Source: Eledone cirrhosa (lineage: Eukaryota). Taken from it: a DNA stretch of 64,000 nucleotides. Below are positions 47,301 through 60,800 of the stretch, piece by piece (the stretch's first letter is position 1; every line of letters starts with the position of its first letter). The notes under the pieces were generated by a model. That model was given only the letters and a program-made list of their open reading frames with translations. It searched no databases and was not told the DNA's origin. The position numbers and the translations under genes were made by a program. Where the stretch lies: NCBI GenBank assembly GCA_964016885.1, contig OZ024743.1, positions 246,388,001 to 246,452,000 on the forward strand, in the 5' to 3' direction.

Positions 47301-50300
47301 GAGGTTACTGTTGTTGCTGTTGTTGTTGTTTCTGTGATGTAGTGAGGTTACTGTTGTTGTTGTTGTTACTGTGGTGTAGTGAGGTTACTGTTGTTGCTGT
47401 TGTTGTTTCTGTGATGTGGTGAGGTTACTGTTGTTGTTGTTGTTGTTATTGTTGCTGTTACTGTGGTGTACTGAGGTTACTGTTGTTGTTGTTGTTGTTA
47501 TTTCTGTGATGTAGTGATGTTACTGTTGTTGTTGTTGTTGTTGTTGTTACTGTGGTGTAGTGAGTTAACTGTTGTTGTTATTGTTGTTGTTACTATGGTG
47601 TAGTGAGGTTACTGCTGTTGCTGGTGTTGTTGTTTCTGTGATGTATTGAGGTTACTGTTGTTGTTGTTACTGTGATGTAGTGAGGTTACTGTTGTTGTTG
47701 TTGTTACTGTGTGTAGTGAGGTTACTGTTGTTGTTGTTGTTACTGTGGTGTAGTGAGGTTACTGTTGTTGTTGTTGTTGTTGTTCATACAGTGGTGTAGT
47801 GAGGTTACTGTTGTTGTTGTTGTTGTTACTATGGTGTAGTGAGGTTACTGTTGTTGTTGTTGATGTTACTGTGATGCAGTGAGGTTACTGTTGTTGTTGT
47901 TGTTGTGATGTAGTGAGGGTACTGTTGTTGTTGTTATTGTGGTGTAGTGAATTTACTGTTGTTGTTGTTACTGTGATGTAGTGAGGTTACTGTTGTTGTT
48001 GTTGTTGTGATGTAGTGAGGGTACTGTTGTTGTTTTTATTGTGGTGTAGTGAATTTACTGTTGTTGTTGTTGTTGTTACTGTGATGTAGTGAGGTTACTG
48101 TTGTTGTTGTTGTTGTTACTGTGGTGTTGTGAGTTTACTGTTGTTGTTGTTGTTATTACTGTGATGTAGTGAGGCTTCTGTTGTTGTTGTTATTGTTACT
48201 GTGATGTAGTGAGGTTACTGTTGTTGTTGTTGTTAAAGCGGTGTAGTGAGGTTACTGTTGTTGTTGTTGTTACTGTGATGTAGTGAGGTTACTGTTGTTG
48301 TTCTTGTTACTGTGGTGTAGTGAGGTTACTTTTGTTGTTGTTGTTGTTGTTCTTGTTGTTACTGTGATGGAGTGAGGTTACTGTTGTTGTTGTTGGTGTT
48401 GTTGTTAAAACTGTGGTGTAGTTAGTTTATTGTTGTTGTTGTTGTTGTTGTTGTTTCTGTCATGTAGTGAGGTTACTGTTGTTGTTCTTGTTGTCGTTGT
48501 TTTTACTGTGGTGTAGTGAGGTTACTGTTGTTGTTGTTGTTACTGTGGTGTATTGCGGTTACTGTTGTTGTTATTGTTATTGTTGTTGTTAGTGATGTAG
48601 GTTACTGTTGTTGTGGTTGTTGTTGTTATTGTTCTTGTTATGGTGATGTAGTGAGGTTACTGTTGTTGTTGTTGTTGTTACTGTGGTGTAATGAGGTTAC
48701 TGTTGTTGTTGTTACTGTAGTGTAGTGAGGTTATTGTTGTTGTTGTTACTTTGGTGTAGTGAGGTTATTGTTGTTGTTGTTACTGTGATGTAGACAGTTT
48801 ACTGTTGTTGTTATTGTTGTTGTTACTATTGTGTAGTGATTTTACTGTTGTTGTTGTTGTTTTTGTTGTTGTTACTATGGTGTAGTGAGGTTATTGTTGT
48901 TGTTGTTGTTGTTGTTACTGCAATGTAGTGAGGTTACTGTTGCTGTTGTTGTTATTGTTAATGTAGTGTAGTGAGTTTACTGTTGTTGTTGTAGTTGTTA
49001 CTGTGATGTAATGAGATTACTGTTGTTGTTGTTACTGTGATGTAGTGGGGTTACTGTTGTTGTTGTTACTGTGATGTAGTGAGGTTACTGTTGTTGTTGT
49101 TACTGTGATGTAGTGAGGTTACTGTTGTTGTTATTGTTGTTGTTACTGTGATGTAGTGAGGTTACTGTTGTTGTGATTGTTGTTGTTACTGTGATGTAGT
49201 GAGGTTACTGTTGTTGTTGTTGTTACTGTGATGTAGTAAAGTTACTGTTGTTGCTGTTGTTGTTGTTACTATGGTGTAGTGAAGTTAATGTTCTTGCTGT
49301 TGTTGTTGTTTCTGTGATGTAGTGAGGTTACTGTTGTTGTGGTTGTTGTTGTTACTTTGATGTAGTGAGGTTACTGTTGTTGTTGTTGTTACTGTGGTGT
49401 AGTGAAGTTAATGTTGTTGTTGTTGTTGTTGTTTCTGTGATGTAGTGAGGTTACTGTTGTTGTTGTTACTGTGGTGTAGTGAGGTTACTGTTGTTGCTGT
49501 TGTTGTTGTTTCTGTGATGTAGTCAGTTTACTGTGTTGTTGTTGTTGTTTCTGTGATGTAGTGAGGTTACTGTTTTTGTTGTTGTTGTTACTGTGGTGTA
49601 ATGAGGTAAATGTTGTTGCTGTTGTTGTTTATGTGATGTAGTGAGGTTACTGTTGTTATTGTTGTTGTTACTGTGGTGTAGTGAGGTTACTGTTGTTGTT
49701 ACTGGGGTGTAGTGAGGTTACTGTTGTTGCTGTTGTTGTTGTTACTGTGGTGTAGTGAGGTTACTGTTCTTGTTGTTGTTACTGTGATGTAGTGATGTTA
49801 CTGTTGTTGTTGATGTTGTTGTTTTTACTGTGGTGTAGAGAGTTTACTGTTGTTGTTGTTGTTACTATGGTGTAGTGAGGTTACTGTTGTTGTTGTTGTT
49901 GTTGTTCTTACAGTGGTGGAGTGAGGTTACTGTTGTTGTTGTTGTTATTTGATGTCAGTGAGGTTACTGTTGTTGTAGTTGGTGTTGATGTTAAAACTGT
50001 GGGTTTACTGTTGTTGTTGTTTTGTTACTGTCATGTAGTGAGGTTACTGTTGTTGTTCTTGTTGTCGTTGTTTTTACTGTGGTGTAGTGAGGTTACTGTT
50101 GTTGTTGTTGTTGTTACTGTGGTGTATTGCGGTTACTGTTGTTGTTATTGTTATTGTTGTTGTTAGTGATGTAGTTGGTGTTGATGTTAAAACTGTGAGT
50201 TTACTGTTGTTGTTGTTGTTTTGTTACTGTCATGTAGTGAGGTTACTGTTGTTGTTCTTGTTGTCGTTGTTTTTACTCTGGTGTAGTGAGGTTACTGTTG

Positions 50301-51860
50301 TTGTTGTTGTTGTTACTGTGGTGTAATGAGGTTACTGTTGTTGTTGTTGTTACTGAGATGTAGTGAGGTTACTGTTGTTGTTGTTGCTGTGGTGTAGTGA
50401 GGTTATTGTTGCTGTTGTTACTGTGGTGTAGTGAGGTTACTGTTGTTGTTGTTGTTGTTGTTGTTACTGTGATGTAGACAGTTTCCTGTTGTTGTTATTG
50501 TTGTTACTATTGCATAGTGATTTTACTGTTGTTGTTGTTATTGTTGTTACTATGGTGTAGTGACGTTATTGTTGTTGTTGTTACTGTGGTGTAGTGAGGT
50601 TACTGTTGTTGTTGTTGTTGTTGTTACTGTGATGTAGACAGTTTACTGTTGTTGTTATTGTTGTTGTTACTATTGTGTAGTGATTTTACTGTTGTTGTTG
50701 TTGTTGTTGTTACTATGGTGTAGTGAGGTTATTGTTGTTGTTGTTGTTGTTGTTACTGCAATGTAGTGAGGTTACTGTTGCTGTTGTTGTTATTGTTAAT
50801 GTGGTGTAGTGAGGTTACTGTTGTTGTTGTTGTTGTTACTTCAATGTAGTGAGGTTACTGTTGCTGTTGTTGTCGTTGTTTCTGTGGTGTAGTGAGTTTA
50901 CTGTTGTTGTAGTTGTTACTGTGATGTAATGAGATTACTGTTGTTGTTGTTACTGTGATGTAGTGAGGTTACTGTTGTTGTTATTGTTGTTGTTATTGTG
51001 GTGTATTGAGGTTACTGTTGTTGTTGTTGTTGTTACTGTGATGTAGTGAGGTTACTGTTGTTGTTGTTGTTGTTACTGTGATGTAGTGAAGTTAATGTTG
51101 TTGCTTTTGTTGTTGTTTCTGTGATATAGTGAGGTTACTGTTGTTGTTGTTGTTACTGTGGTGTAGTGAGGTTACTGTTGTTGCTTCTGTGATGTAGTGA
51201 GTTTACTGTTGTTGTTGTTGTTGTTGTTGTTTCTGTGATGTAGTGAGGTTACTGTTGTTGTTGTTGTTACTGTGGTGTAATGAGGTAAATGTTGTTGCTG
51301 TTGTTGTTTCTGTGATGTAGTGAGGTTACTGTTGTTGTTACTGGGGTGTAGTGAGGTTACTGTTGTTGCTGTTGTTGTTGTTTCTGTGGTGTAGTGAGGT
51401 TACTGTTATTGTTGTTGTTACTGTGATGTAGTGAGGTTTCTGTTGTTGTTGTTACTGTGGTGTAGTGAGGTTACTGTTGTAGTTGTTGATGTTACTGTGG
51501 TGTAGTGAGGTTACTGTTCTTGTTGTTGTTGTTGTTACTGTGATGTAGTGATGTTACTGTTGTTGTTGATGTTGTTGTTTTTACTGTGGTGTAGAGAGTT
51601 TACTGTTGTTGTTGTTGTTGTTACTGTGGTGTAGTGAGGTTACGGTTGTTGTTGTTGTTGTTGTTCTTACAGTGGTGGAGTGAGGTTACTGTTGTTGTTG
51701 TTGTTAATGTGGTGTAGTGAGGGTACTCTTGTTATTGTTGTTGATGTTGTTACTGTGGTGTAGTGTGGTTACTGTGATGCAGTGAGGTTACTGTTGTTGT
51801 TGTTGTGGTGTAGTGAATTTACTGTTGTTTTTTTTTGTTACTGTGTTGTAGTGAGGTTAA

Positions 51861-51891
<31 letters not shown>

Positions 51892-54800
51892 ACTGTGGTG
51901 TTGTGAGTTTACTGTTGTTGTTGTTGTTATTGTAATGTAGTGAGTTTACTGTTGTTGTTGTTGTTCTTGTTGTTAAAGTGGTGCAATGAGGTTACTGTTG
52001 TTGTTGTTGTTACTGTGATGTAGTGAGTTTACTGTTGTTGTTGTTGTTGTTACTGTGGTTTAGTCAGGTCACTGTTGTTGTTGTGGTTGTTGTTACTGTG
52101 ATGTAGTGAGGTTACTGTTGTTGTTGTTGTTACTGTGGTGTATTGAGGTTACTGTTGTTGTTGTTGTTGTTACTGTGATGTAGAGAGGTTACTGTTGTTG
52201 TTGTTGTTACTGTGGTATAGTGAGGTTACTGTTGTTGTTGTTGTTTTTACTGTGACGTAGTGAGTTTACTGTTGTTGTTGTTGTTGTTGTTACTGTGGTG
52301 TAGTGAGTTTACTGTTGCTGTTGTTGTTGTTACTGTGATGTAGTGAGGCTACTGTTATGTTGTTGTTGTTGTTACTGTGGTGTAGTGAGTTTACTGTTGC
52401 TGTTGTTGTTGTTACTTTGGTGTAGTGAATTTACTGTTGCTGTTGTTGTTGTTAGTGTGGTGTAGTGAGGTTACTGTTGTTGTTCTTGTTGTTGTTACTG
52501 TGATGTAGTGAGGTTACTGTTGTTGTTGTTACTGTGATGTAGTGAGGTTACTGTTGTTCTTATTGTTGTTAGTGTGGTGTAGCGAGGTTACTGTTGTTGT
52601 TTTTGTTGTTGTTACTGTGATGTAGTGAGGTTACTGTTGTTGTGGTTGTTGTTACTGTGATGTAGTGAGGTTACTGTTGTTGTTGTTGTTACTGTGGTGT
52701 ATTGAGGTTACTGTTGTTGTTGTTGTTACTGTGATGTAGAGAGGTTACTGTTGTTGTTGTTGTTTTTACTGTGACGTAGTGAGTTTACTGTTGTTGTTGT
52801 TGTTGTTGTTACTGTGGTGTAGTGAGTTTACTGTTGCTGTTGTTGTTGTTACTGTGATGTAGTGAGGCTACTGTTATGTTGTTGTTGTTGTTACTGTGGT
52901 GTAGTGAGTTTACTGTTGCTGTTGTTGTTGTTGTTACTTTGGTGTAGTGAGTTTACTGTTGCTGTTGTTGTTGTTAGTGTAGTGTAGTGAGGTTACTGTT
53001 CTTGTTCTTGTTGTTGTTGTTACTGTGATGTAGTGAGGTTACAGTTGTTCTTATTGTTGTTACTGTGGTGTAGCGAGGTTACTGTTGTTGTTTTTGTTGT
53101 TACTGTGGTGTAGTGAGGTTACTGTTGTTTCTGTTGTTACTGTGATGTATTGAGGTTACTGTTGTTGTTTTTGTTGTTACTGTGGTGTTGTGAGGTTACT
53201 GTTGTTTGTATTGTTTCTGTGATGTAGTGATGTTACAGTTGTTGTTGTTGTTGTTGTTATGTAGTGAGTTTACTGTTGTTGTTGTTATTACTGTGATATA
53301 ATGAGGCTTCTGTTGTTGTTCTTGTTATTGTGATGTAGTGAGTTTACTGTTGTTGTTGTTCTTGTTGTTGTTGTTGTTAAAGTGGTGTAGTGAGGTTACT
53401 GTTGTTGTTGTTTTTACTGTGATGTAGTGAGTTTACTGTTGTTGTTGTTGTTACTCTGGTGTAGTGAGGTTACTGTTGTTGTTGTTAAGGTGGTTTAGTG
53501 AGGTTACTGTTGTTGTTGTTGTTACTGTGGTGTAGTGAGGTTACTGTTGTTGCTGTTGTTGTTGTTTCTGTGGTGTAGTGAGGTTACTGTTATTGTTGTT
53601 GTTACTGTGATGTAGTGAGGTTTCTGTTGTTGTTGTTGTTACTGTGGTGTAGTGAGTTTACTGTTGTTCTTGTTGTTACTGTGGTGTAGTGAGGTTACTT
53701 TTGTTGTTGTTGTTACTGTGATGTAGTGAGGTTACTGTTGTTGTTGTTACCTTGGTGTAGTGAAGTTATTGTTGTTGTTGTTATTGTAGTGTTGTGAGGT
53801 TACTGTTGTTTTTGTTGTTACTGTAGTGTAGTGAGGTTACTGTTGTTTTTGTTGTTACTGTAGTGTAGTGAGGTTACTGTTGTTTTTGTTGTTACTGTAG
53901 TGTAGTGAGGTTACTGTTGTTTTTGTTGTTACTGTGGTGTAGTGAGGTTACTGTTGTTTTTGTTGTTACTATGATGTAGTGAGGTTACAGTTGTGGTTGT
54001 TGTTACTTTGATGTAGTGAGGTCATTGTTGTTCTTGTTACTGTGATGTAGTGAGGTTACTGTTGTTGTTGTTGTTGTTACTGTGGTGTAGTGAGGTTACT
54101 GTTTTTGCTGTTGTTGTTGTTTTTTTGATGTGGTGAGGTTACTGTTGTTGTTATTTTTGTTGTTACTGTGGTGTAGTAAGGTTACTGTTGTTGCTGTTGT
54201 TGTTTTTTCTGTGGTGTAGTGAGGTTACTGTTGTTGTTGTTGTTACTGTGATGTAGTGGGGTTACTGTTGTTGTTGTTACTGTGGTGTAGTGAGGTTACT
54301 GTTGTTGTTGTTGTTGTTACTGTGATGTATTGAGATTACTGTTGTTGTAGTTGTTACTGTGATGTAGTAAGGTTACTGTTGTTGTTGTTGTTGTTGTTGT
54401 TACAGTGGTTTAGTGAGGTTACTGTTGTTGTTGTTGTTGTTCTTGTTGTTGTTACTGTGGTGTAGTGAGGTTACTTTTGTTGTTGTTGTTGTTGTTCTTG
54501 TTGTGACTGTGATGGAGTGGGGTTACTGTCGTTGTTGTTGTTGTTGTTACTGTGGTGTTGTGAGTTTACTGTTTTTGTTGTTGTTGTTAATGTGGTGTAG
54601 TGAGGTTACTGTTGTTGTTGTTGTTGTTGTTGTTGTTATTGTGGTTTAGTGAGGTTACTGTTGTTGTTGTTGTTACTCTGGTGTAGTGACGTTATTGTTG
54701 TTGTTGTTACTGTGATGTAGACAGGTTACTGTTGTTGTTGTTGTTGTTGTTACTGTGATGTAGTGAGGTTAGTCTTGTTGTTATTGTTGTTATTATTGTG

Positions 54801-57800
54801 GTGTAGTGAGGTTACTGTTGTTGTTGTTGTTGTTACTGTGATCTAGTGAGGTTATTGTTGTTGTTGTTGTTACTGTGATGTACTGAGGTTACTGTTGTTG
54901 TTGTTGTTGTTGTTACTGTGTGTAGTGAGGTTACTGTTGTTGTTATTGTTGTTGTTACTGTGATGTAGTGAAGTTACTGTTGTTGTTGTTGTTACTGTGA
55001 TCTAGTGAGGTTATTGTTGTTGTTGTTACTGTGATGTAGTGAGGTTACTGTTGTTGTTGTTTTTGTTGTTGTTGTTACTGTGGTGTAGTGAGGTTACTGT
55101 TGTTGTTATTGTTGTTGTTACTGTGATGTAGTGAGGTTACTGTTGCTGTTTTTGTTACTGTGATGTAGTGAGGTTACTGTTGTTGTTGTTGTGCTTTTTA
55201 CTGTGGTGTAGTGAGGTTACTGTTGTTGTTATTGTTGTTGTTACTGTGATGTAGTGAGGTTACTGTTGCTGTTGTTGTTACTGTGATGTAGTGAGGTTAC
55301 TGTTGTTGTTGTTGTTACCTTGGTGTAATGAAGTTATTGTTGTTGTTGTTATTGTAGTGTAGTGAGGTTGTTGTTGTTGTTACTGCGGTGTAGTGAGGTT
55401 ACTGTTGTTTTTGTTGTTACTGTGATGTAGTGAGGTTACAGTTGTGGTTGTTGTTACTTTGACGTAGTGAGGTTATTGTTGTTCTTGTTACCGTGGTGTA
55501 GTGAGGTTACTGTTGTAGTTGTTGTTGTTACTGTGGTGTAGTTAGGTTACTATCGTAGTTATTGTTGTTGTTACTGTAGTGTAGTGAGGTTACTTTTGTT
55601 GCTGTTGTTGTTCTTTCTGAGGTGTAGTGAGGTTACTGTTGTTGTTGTTACTGTGATGTAGTGAGGTTACTGTTGTTGTTGTTGTTGTTACTGTGGTGTA
55701 GTGAGGTTACTGTTGTTATTGTTGTTACTGTGGTGTAGTGAGGTTACTGTTGTTGTTGTTACTGTGATGTAGTGAGGTTACTATTGTTTTTGTTGTTGTT
55801 ACTGTGGTGTAGTGAGGTTACTGTTGTTATTGTTGTTGTGACTGTGATGTAGTGAGGTTACTGTTGTTATTGTTGTTGTTACTGTAGTGTAGTGAGGTTA
55901 CTGTTGTTGTTGTTGTTGTTACTGTTGTGTAGTGAGGTTACTGTTGTTGTTGTTGTGCTTGTTACTGTGGTGTAGTGAGGTTACTGTTGTTGTTATTGTT
56001 GTTGTTACTGTGATGTAGTGAGGTTACTGTTGCTGTTGTTGTTACTGTGATGTAGTGAGGTTACTGTTGTTGTTGTTGTTACCTTGGTGTAGTGAAGTTA
56101 TTGTTGTTGTTGTTATTGTAGTGTAGTGAGGTTACTGTTGTTGTTGTTGTTACTGTGTTTTTGTTGTTACTGTGATGTAGTGAGGTTACAGTTGTGGTTG
56201 TTGTTACTTTGACGTAGTGAGGTTATTGTTGTTCTTGTTACTGTGGTGTAGTGAGGTTACTGTTGTAGTTGTTGTTGTTACTGTGGTGTAGTTAGGTTAC
56301 TATTGTAGTTATTGTTGTTACTGTAGTGTAGTAAGGTTACTTTTGTTGCTGTTGTTGTTGTTTCTGAGGTGTAGTGAGGTTACTGTTGTTGTTGTTGTTT
56401 CTGTGATGTAGTGAGGTTACTGTTGTTGTTGTTACTGCGGTGTAGTGAGGTTACTGTTGTTGTTGTTGTTACTGTGGTGTAGTGAGGTTACTGTTGTTGT
56501 TGTTACTGTGATGTAGTGAGGTTACTATTGTTTTTGTTGTTGTTACTGTGGTGAAGTGAGGTTACTGTTGTTATTGTTGTTGTGACTGTGATGTAGTGAG
56601 GTTACTGTTGTTGTTATTGTTGTTGTTACTGTAGTGTAGTGAGGTTACTGTTGTTGTTGTTGTTACTGTTGTGTAGTGAGGTTACTGTTGTTGTTGTTGT
56701 TTCTGTGATGTAGTGAGTTTACTGTTGTTGTTGTTGTTGTTACTGTGGTTTAGTCAGGTTACTGTTGTTGTGGTTGTTGTTACTGTGATGTAGTGAGGTT
56801 ACTGTTGTTGTTGTTGTTACTGTGGTGTATTGAGGTTACTGTTGTTGTTGTTGTTACTGTGATGTAGAGAGGTTACTGTTGTTGTTGTTGTTTTTACTGT
56901 GACGTAGTGAGTTTACTGTTGTTGTTGTTGTTGTTGTTACTGTGGTGTAGTGAGTTTACTGTTGCTGTTGTTGTTGTTACTGTGATGTAGTGAGGCTACT
57001 GTTATGTTGTTGTTGTTGTTACTGTGGTGTAGTGAGTTTACTGTTGCTGTTGTTGTTGTTGTTACTTTGGTGTAGTGAGTTTACTGTTGCTGTTGTTGTT
57101 GTTAGTGTAGTGTAGTGAGGTTACTGTTCTTGTTCTTGTTGTTGTTGTTACTGTGATGTAGTGAGGTTACAGTTGTTCTTATTGTTGTTACTGTGGTGTA
57201 GCGAGGTTACTGTTGTTGTTTTTGTTGTTACTGTGGTGTAGTGAGGTTACTGTTGTTTGTGTTGTTACTGTGGTGTAGCGAGGTTACTGTTGTTGTTTTT
57301 GTTGTTACTGTGGTATAGTGAGGTTACTATTGTTTGTGTTGTTACTGTGATGTATTGAGGTTACTGTTGTTGTTTTTGTTGTTACTGTGGTGTTGTGAGG
57401 TTACTGTTGTTTGTGTTGTTTCTGTGATGTAGTGAGGTTACAGTTGTTGTTGTTGTTGTTATGTAGTGAGTTTACTGTTGTTGTTGTTGTTGTTACTATG
57501 ATGTAGTGAGGTACTGTTGTTGTTGCTGTTGTTACTATGATGTAGTGAGGTTACTGTTGTTGTTGTTGTTACTGTGGTGTTGTGAGTTTACTGTTGTTGT
57601 TGTTATTACTGTGATGTAATGAGGCTTCTGTTGTTGTTGTTGTTGTTATTGTGATGTAGTGAGTTTACTGTTGTTGTTGTTCTTGTTGTTGTTGTTAAAG
57701 TGGTGTAGTGAGGTTACTGTTGTTGTTGTTTTTACTGTGATGTAGTGAGTTTACTGTTGTTGTTGTTGTAAGTGTGGTTTAGTGAGGTTACTGTTGTTGT

Positions 57801-60800
57801 TGTTGTTACTCTGGTGTAGTGAGGTTACTGTTGTTGTTGTTGTTGTTCTTGTTGTTGTTACTCTGGTGTAGTGAGGTTACTGTTGTTGTTGTTGTTACAG
57901 TGGTTTAGTGAGGTTACTGTTGTTGTTGTTGTTACTGTGGTGTAGTGAGGTTACTTTTGTTGTTGTTGTTCTTGTTCTTGTTGTGACTGTGATGGAGTGG
58001 GGTTACTGTTGTTGTTGTTGTTGTTGTTACTGTGGTGTTGTGAGTTTACTGTTTTTGTTGTTGTTGTTACTGTGGTGTAGTGAGGTTACTGTTGTTGTTG
58101 TTGTTGTTGTTGTTGTTATTGTGGTTTAGTGAGGTTACTGTTGTTGTTGTTGTTACTGTGGTGTAGTGAGGTTACTTTTGTTGCTGTTGTTGTTGTTTCT
58201 GAGGTGTAGTGAGGTTACTGTTGTTGTTGTTGTTGTTGTTGTTGTTACTGTAGTGTAGTAAGGGTACTTTTGTTGCTGTTGTTGTTGTTTCTGAGGTGTA
58301 GTGAGGTTACTGTTGTTGTTGTTGTTACTGTGTTGTAGTGAGGTTACTGTTGTTGTTGTTGTTACTGCGGTGTAGTGAGGTTACTGTTGTTGTTGTTGTT
58401 ACTGTGGTGTAGTGAGGTTACTGTTGTTGTTGTTACTGTGATGCAGTGAGGTTACTATTGTTTTTGTTGTTGTTACTGTGGTGTAGTGAGGTTACTGTTG
58501 TTATTGTTGTTGTGACTGTGATGTAGTGAGGTTACTGTTGTTGTTATTGTTGTTGTTACTGTAGTGTAGTGAGGTTACTGTTGTTGTTGTTGTTGTTACT
58601 GTTGTGTAGTGAGGTTACTGTTGTTGTTGTTACTCAGATGTAGTGGGGTACTGTTGTTATTGTTGTTGTTGTTATTGTGATGTAGTGAGGTTAATGTTGT
58701 TGTTGATGTTGTTGTTACTTTCCTGTAGTAAGGTTTCTGTTGTTGTTGTTGTTGTTACTGTTGTGTCGTGAGGTTACTGTTGTTGTTGTTGTTGTTGTTG
58801 TTACTGTGACGTAGTGGGTTTACTGTTGTTGTTTATGTTGTTGTTGTTATTGTAGTGTAGTGAGGTTACTGTTGTTGTTGTTGTTGTTGTTTCTCTGGCG
58901 TAGTGAGGTTACTGTTGTTGTTGTCGTTGTTGTTGTTACTGTGGTGTAGTGAGGTTACAGTTGTTGTTGTTAGTTTGGTGTAGTCAGATTACTGTTGTTG
59001 TTGTTGCTGTTACTGTGATGTAGTGAAGTTACTATTGTTGCTGTTGTTGTTGTTTTTTTGATGTGGTGAGGTTACTGTTGTTGTTATTTTCGTTGTTACT
59101 GTGATGTAGTGAGGTTACTGTTGTAGTTGTTGTTGTTACTGTGGTGTAGTGAGGTTACTATTGTAGTTATTGTTGTTGTTACTGTAGTGTAGTAAGGTTA
59201 CTGTTGTTGCTGTTGTTGTTGTTTCTGTGGTGTAGTGAGGTTACTGTTATTGTTGTTGTTACTGTGATGTAGTGAGGTTTCTGTTGTTGTTGTTACTGTG
59301 GTGTAGTGAGTTTACTGTTGTTCTTGTTGTTACTGTGGTGTAGTGAGGTTACTTTTGTTGTTGTTGTTACTGTGATGTAGTGAGGTTACTGTTGTTGTTG
59401 TTACCTTGGTGTAGTGAAGTTATTGTTGTTGTTGTTATTGTAGTGTAGTGAGGTTACTGTTGTTTTCGTTGTTACTGTGGTGTAGTGAGGTTACTGTTGT
59501 TTTTGTTGTTACTATGATGTAGTGAGGTTACAGTTGTGGTTGTTGTTACTTTGATGTAGTGAGGTCATTGTTGTTCTTGTTACTGTGATGTAGTGAGGTT
59601 ACTGTTGTTGTTGTTGTTGTTACTGTGGTGTTGTGAGGTTACTGTTTTTGCTGTTGTTGTTGTTTTTTTGATGTGGTGAGGTTACTGTTGTTGTTATTTT
59701 TGTTGTTACTGTGGTGTAGGAAGGTTACTGTTGTTGCTGTTGTTGTTTTTTCTGTGGTGTAGTGAGGTTACTGTTGTTGTTGTTGTTACTGTGATGTAGT
59801 GGGGTTACTGTTGTTGTTGTTACTGTGGTGTAGTGAGGTTACTGTTGTTGTTGTTGTTGTTACTGTGATGTATTGAGGTTACTGTTGTTGTTGTTGTTAC
59901 TGTGATGTAGTAAGATTACTGTTGTTGTTGTTGTTACCTTGGTGTAGTGAAGTTATTGTTGTTGTTGTTATTGTAGTGTAGTGAGGTTGCTGTTGTTGTT
60001 GTTGTTACTGTGTTTTTGTTGTTACTGTGATGTAGTGAGGTTACAGTTGTGGTTGTTGTTACTTTGACGTAGTGAGGTTATTGTTGTTCTTGTTACTGTG
60101 GTGTAGTGAGGTTACTGTTGTAGTTGTTGTTGTTACTGTGGTGTAGTTAGGTTACTATTGTAGTTATTGTTGTTGTTACTGTAGTGTAGTAAGGTTACTT
60201 TTGTTGCTGTTGTTGTTGTTTCTGAGGTGTAGTGAGGTTACTGTTGTTGTTGTTGTTACTGTGATGTAGTGAGGTTACTGTTGTTGTTGTTGTTACTGTG
60301 GTGTAGTGAGGTTACTGTTGTTGTTGTTGTTACTGTGGTGTAGTGAGGTTACTGTTGTTGTTGTTACTGTGATGTAGTGAGGTTACTATTGTTTTTGTTG
60401 TTGTTACTGTGGTGTAGTGAGGTTACTGTTGTTATTGTTGTTGTGACTGTGATGTAGTGAGGTTACTGTTGTTGTTATTGTTGTTGTTACTGTAGTGTAG
60501 TGAGGTTACTGTTGTTGTTGCTGTTGTTGTTACTGTTGTGTAGTGAGGTTACTGTTGTTGTTGTTGTGCTTGTTACTGTGGTGTAGTGAGGTTACTGTTG
60601 TTGTTATTGTTGTTGTTACTGTGATGTAGTAAGGTTACTGTTGCTGTTGTTGTTACTGTGATGTAGTGAGGTTACTGTTGTTGTTGTTGTTACCTTGGTG
60701 TAGTGAAGTTATTGTTGTTGTTGTTATTGTAGTGTAGTGAGGTTACTGTTGTTGTTGTTGTTACTGTGGTGTAGTGAGGTTACTGTTGTTTTTGTTGTTA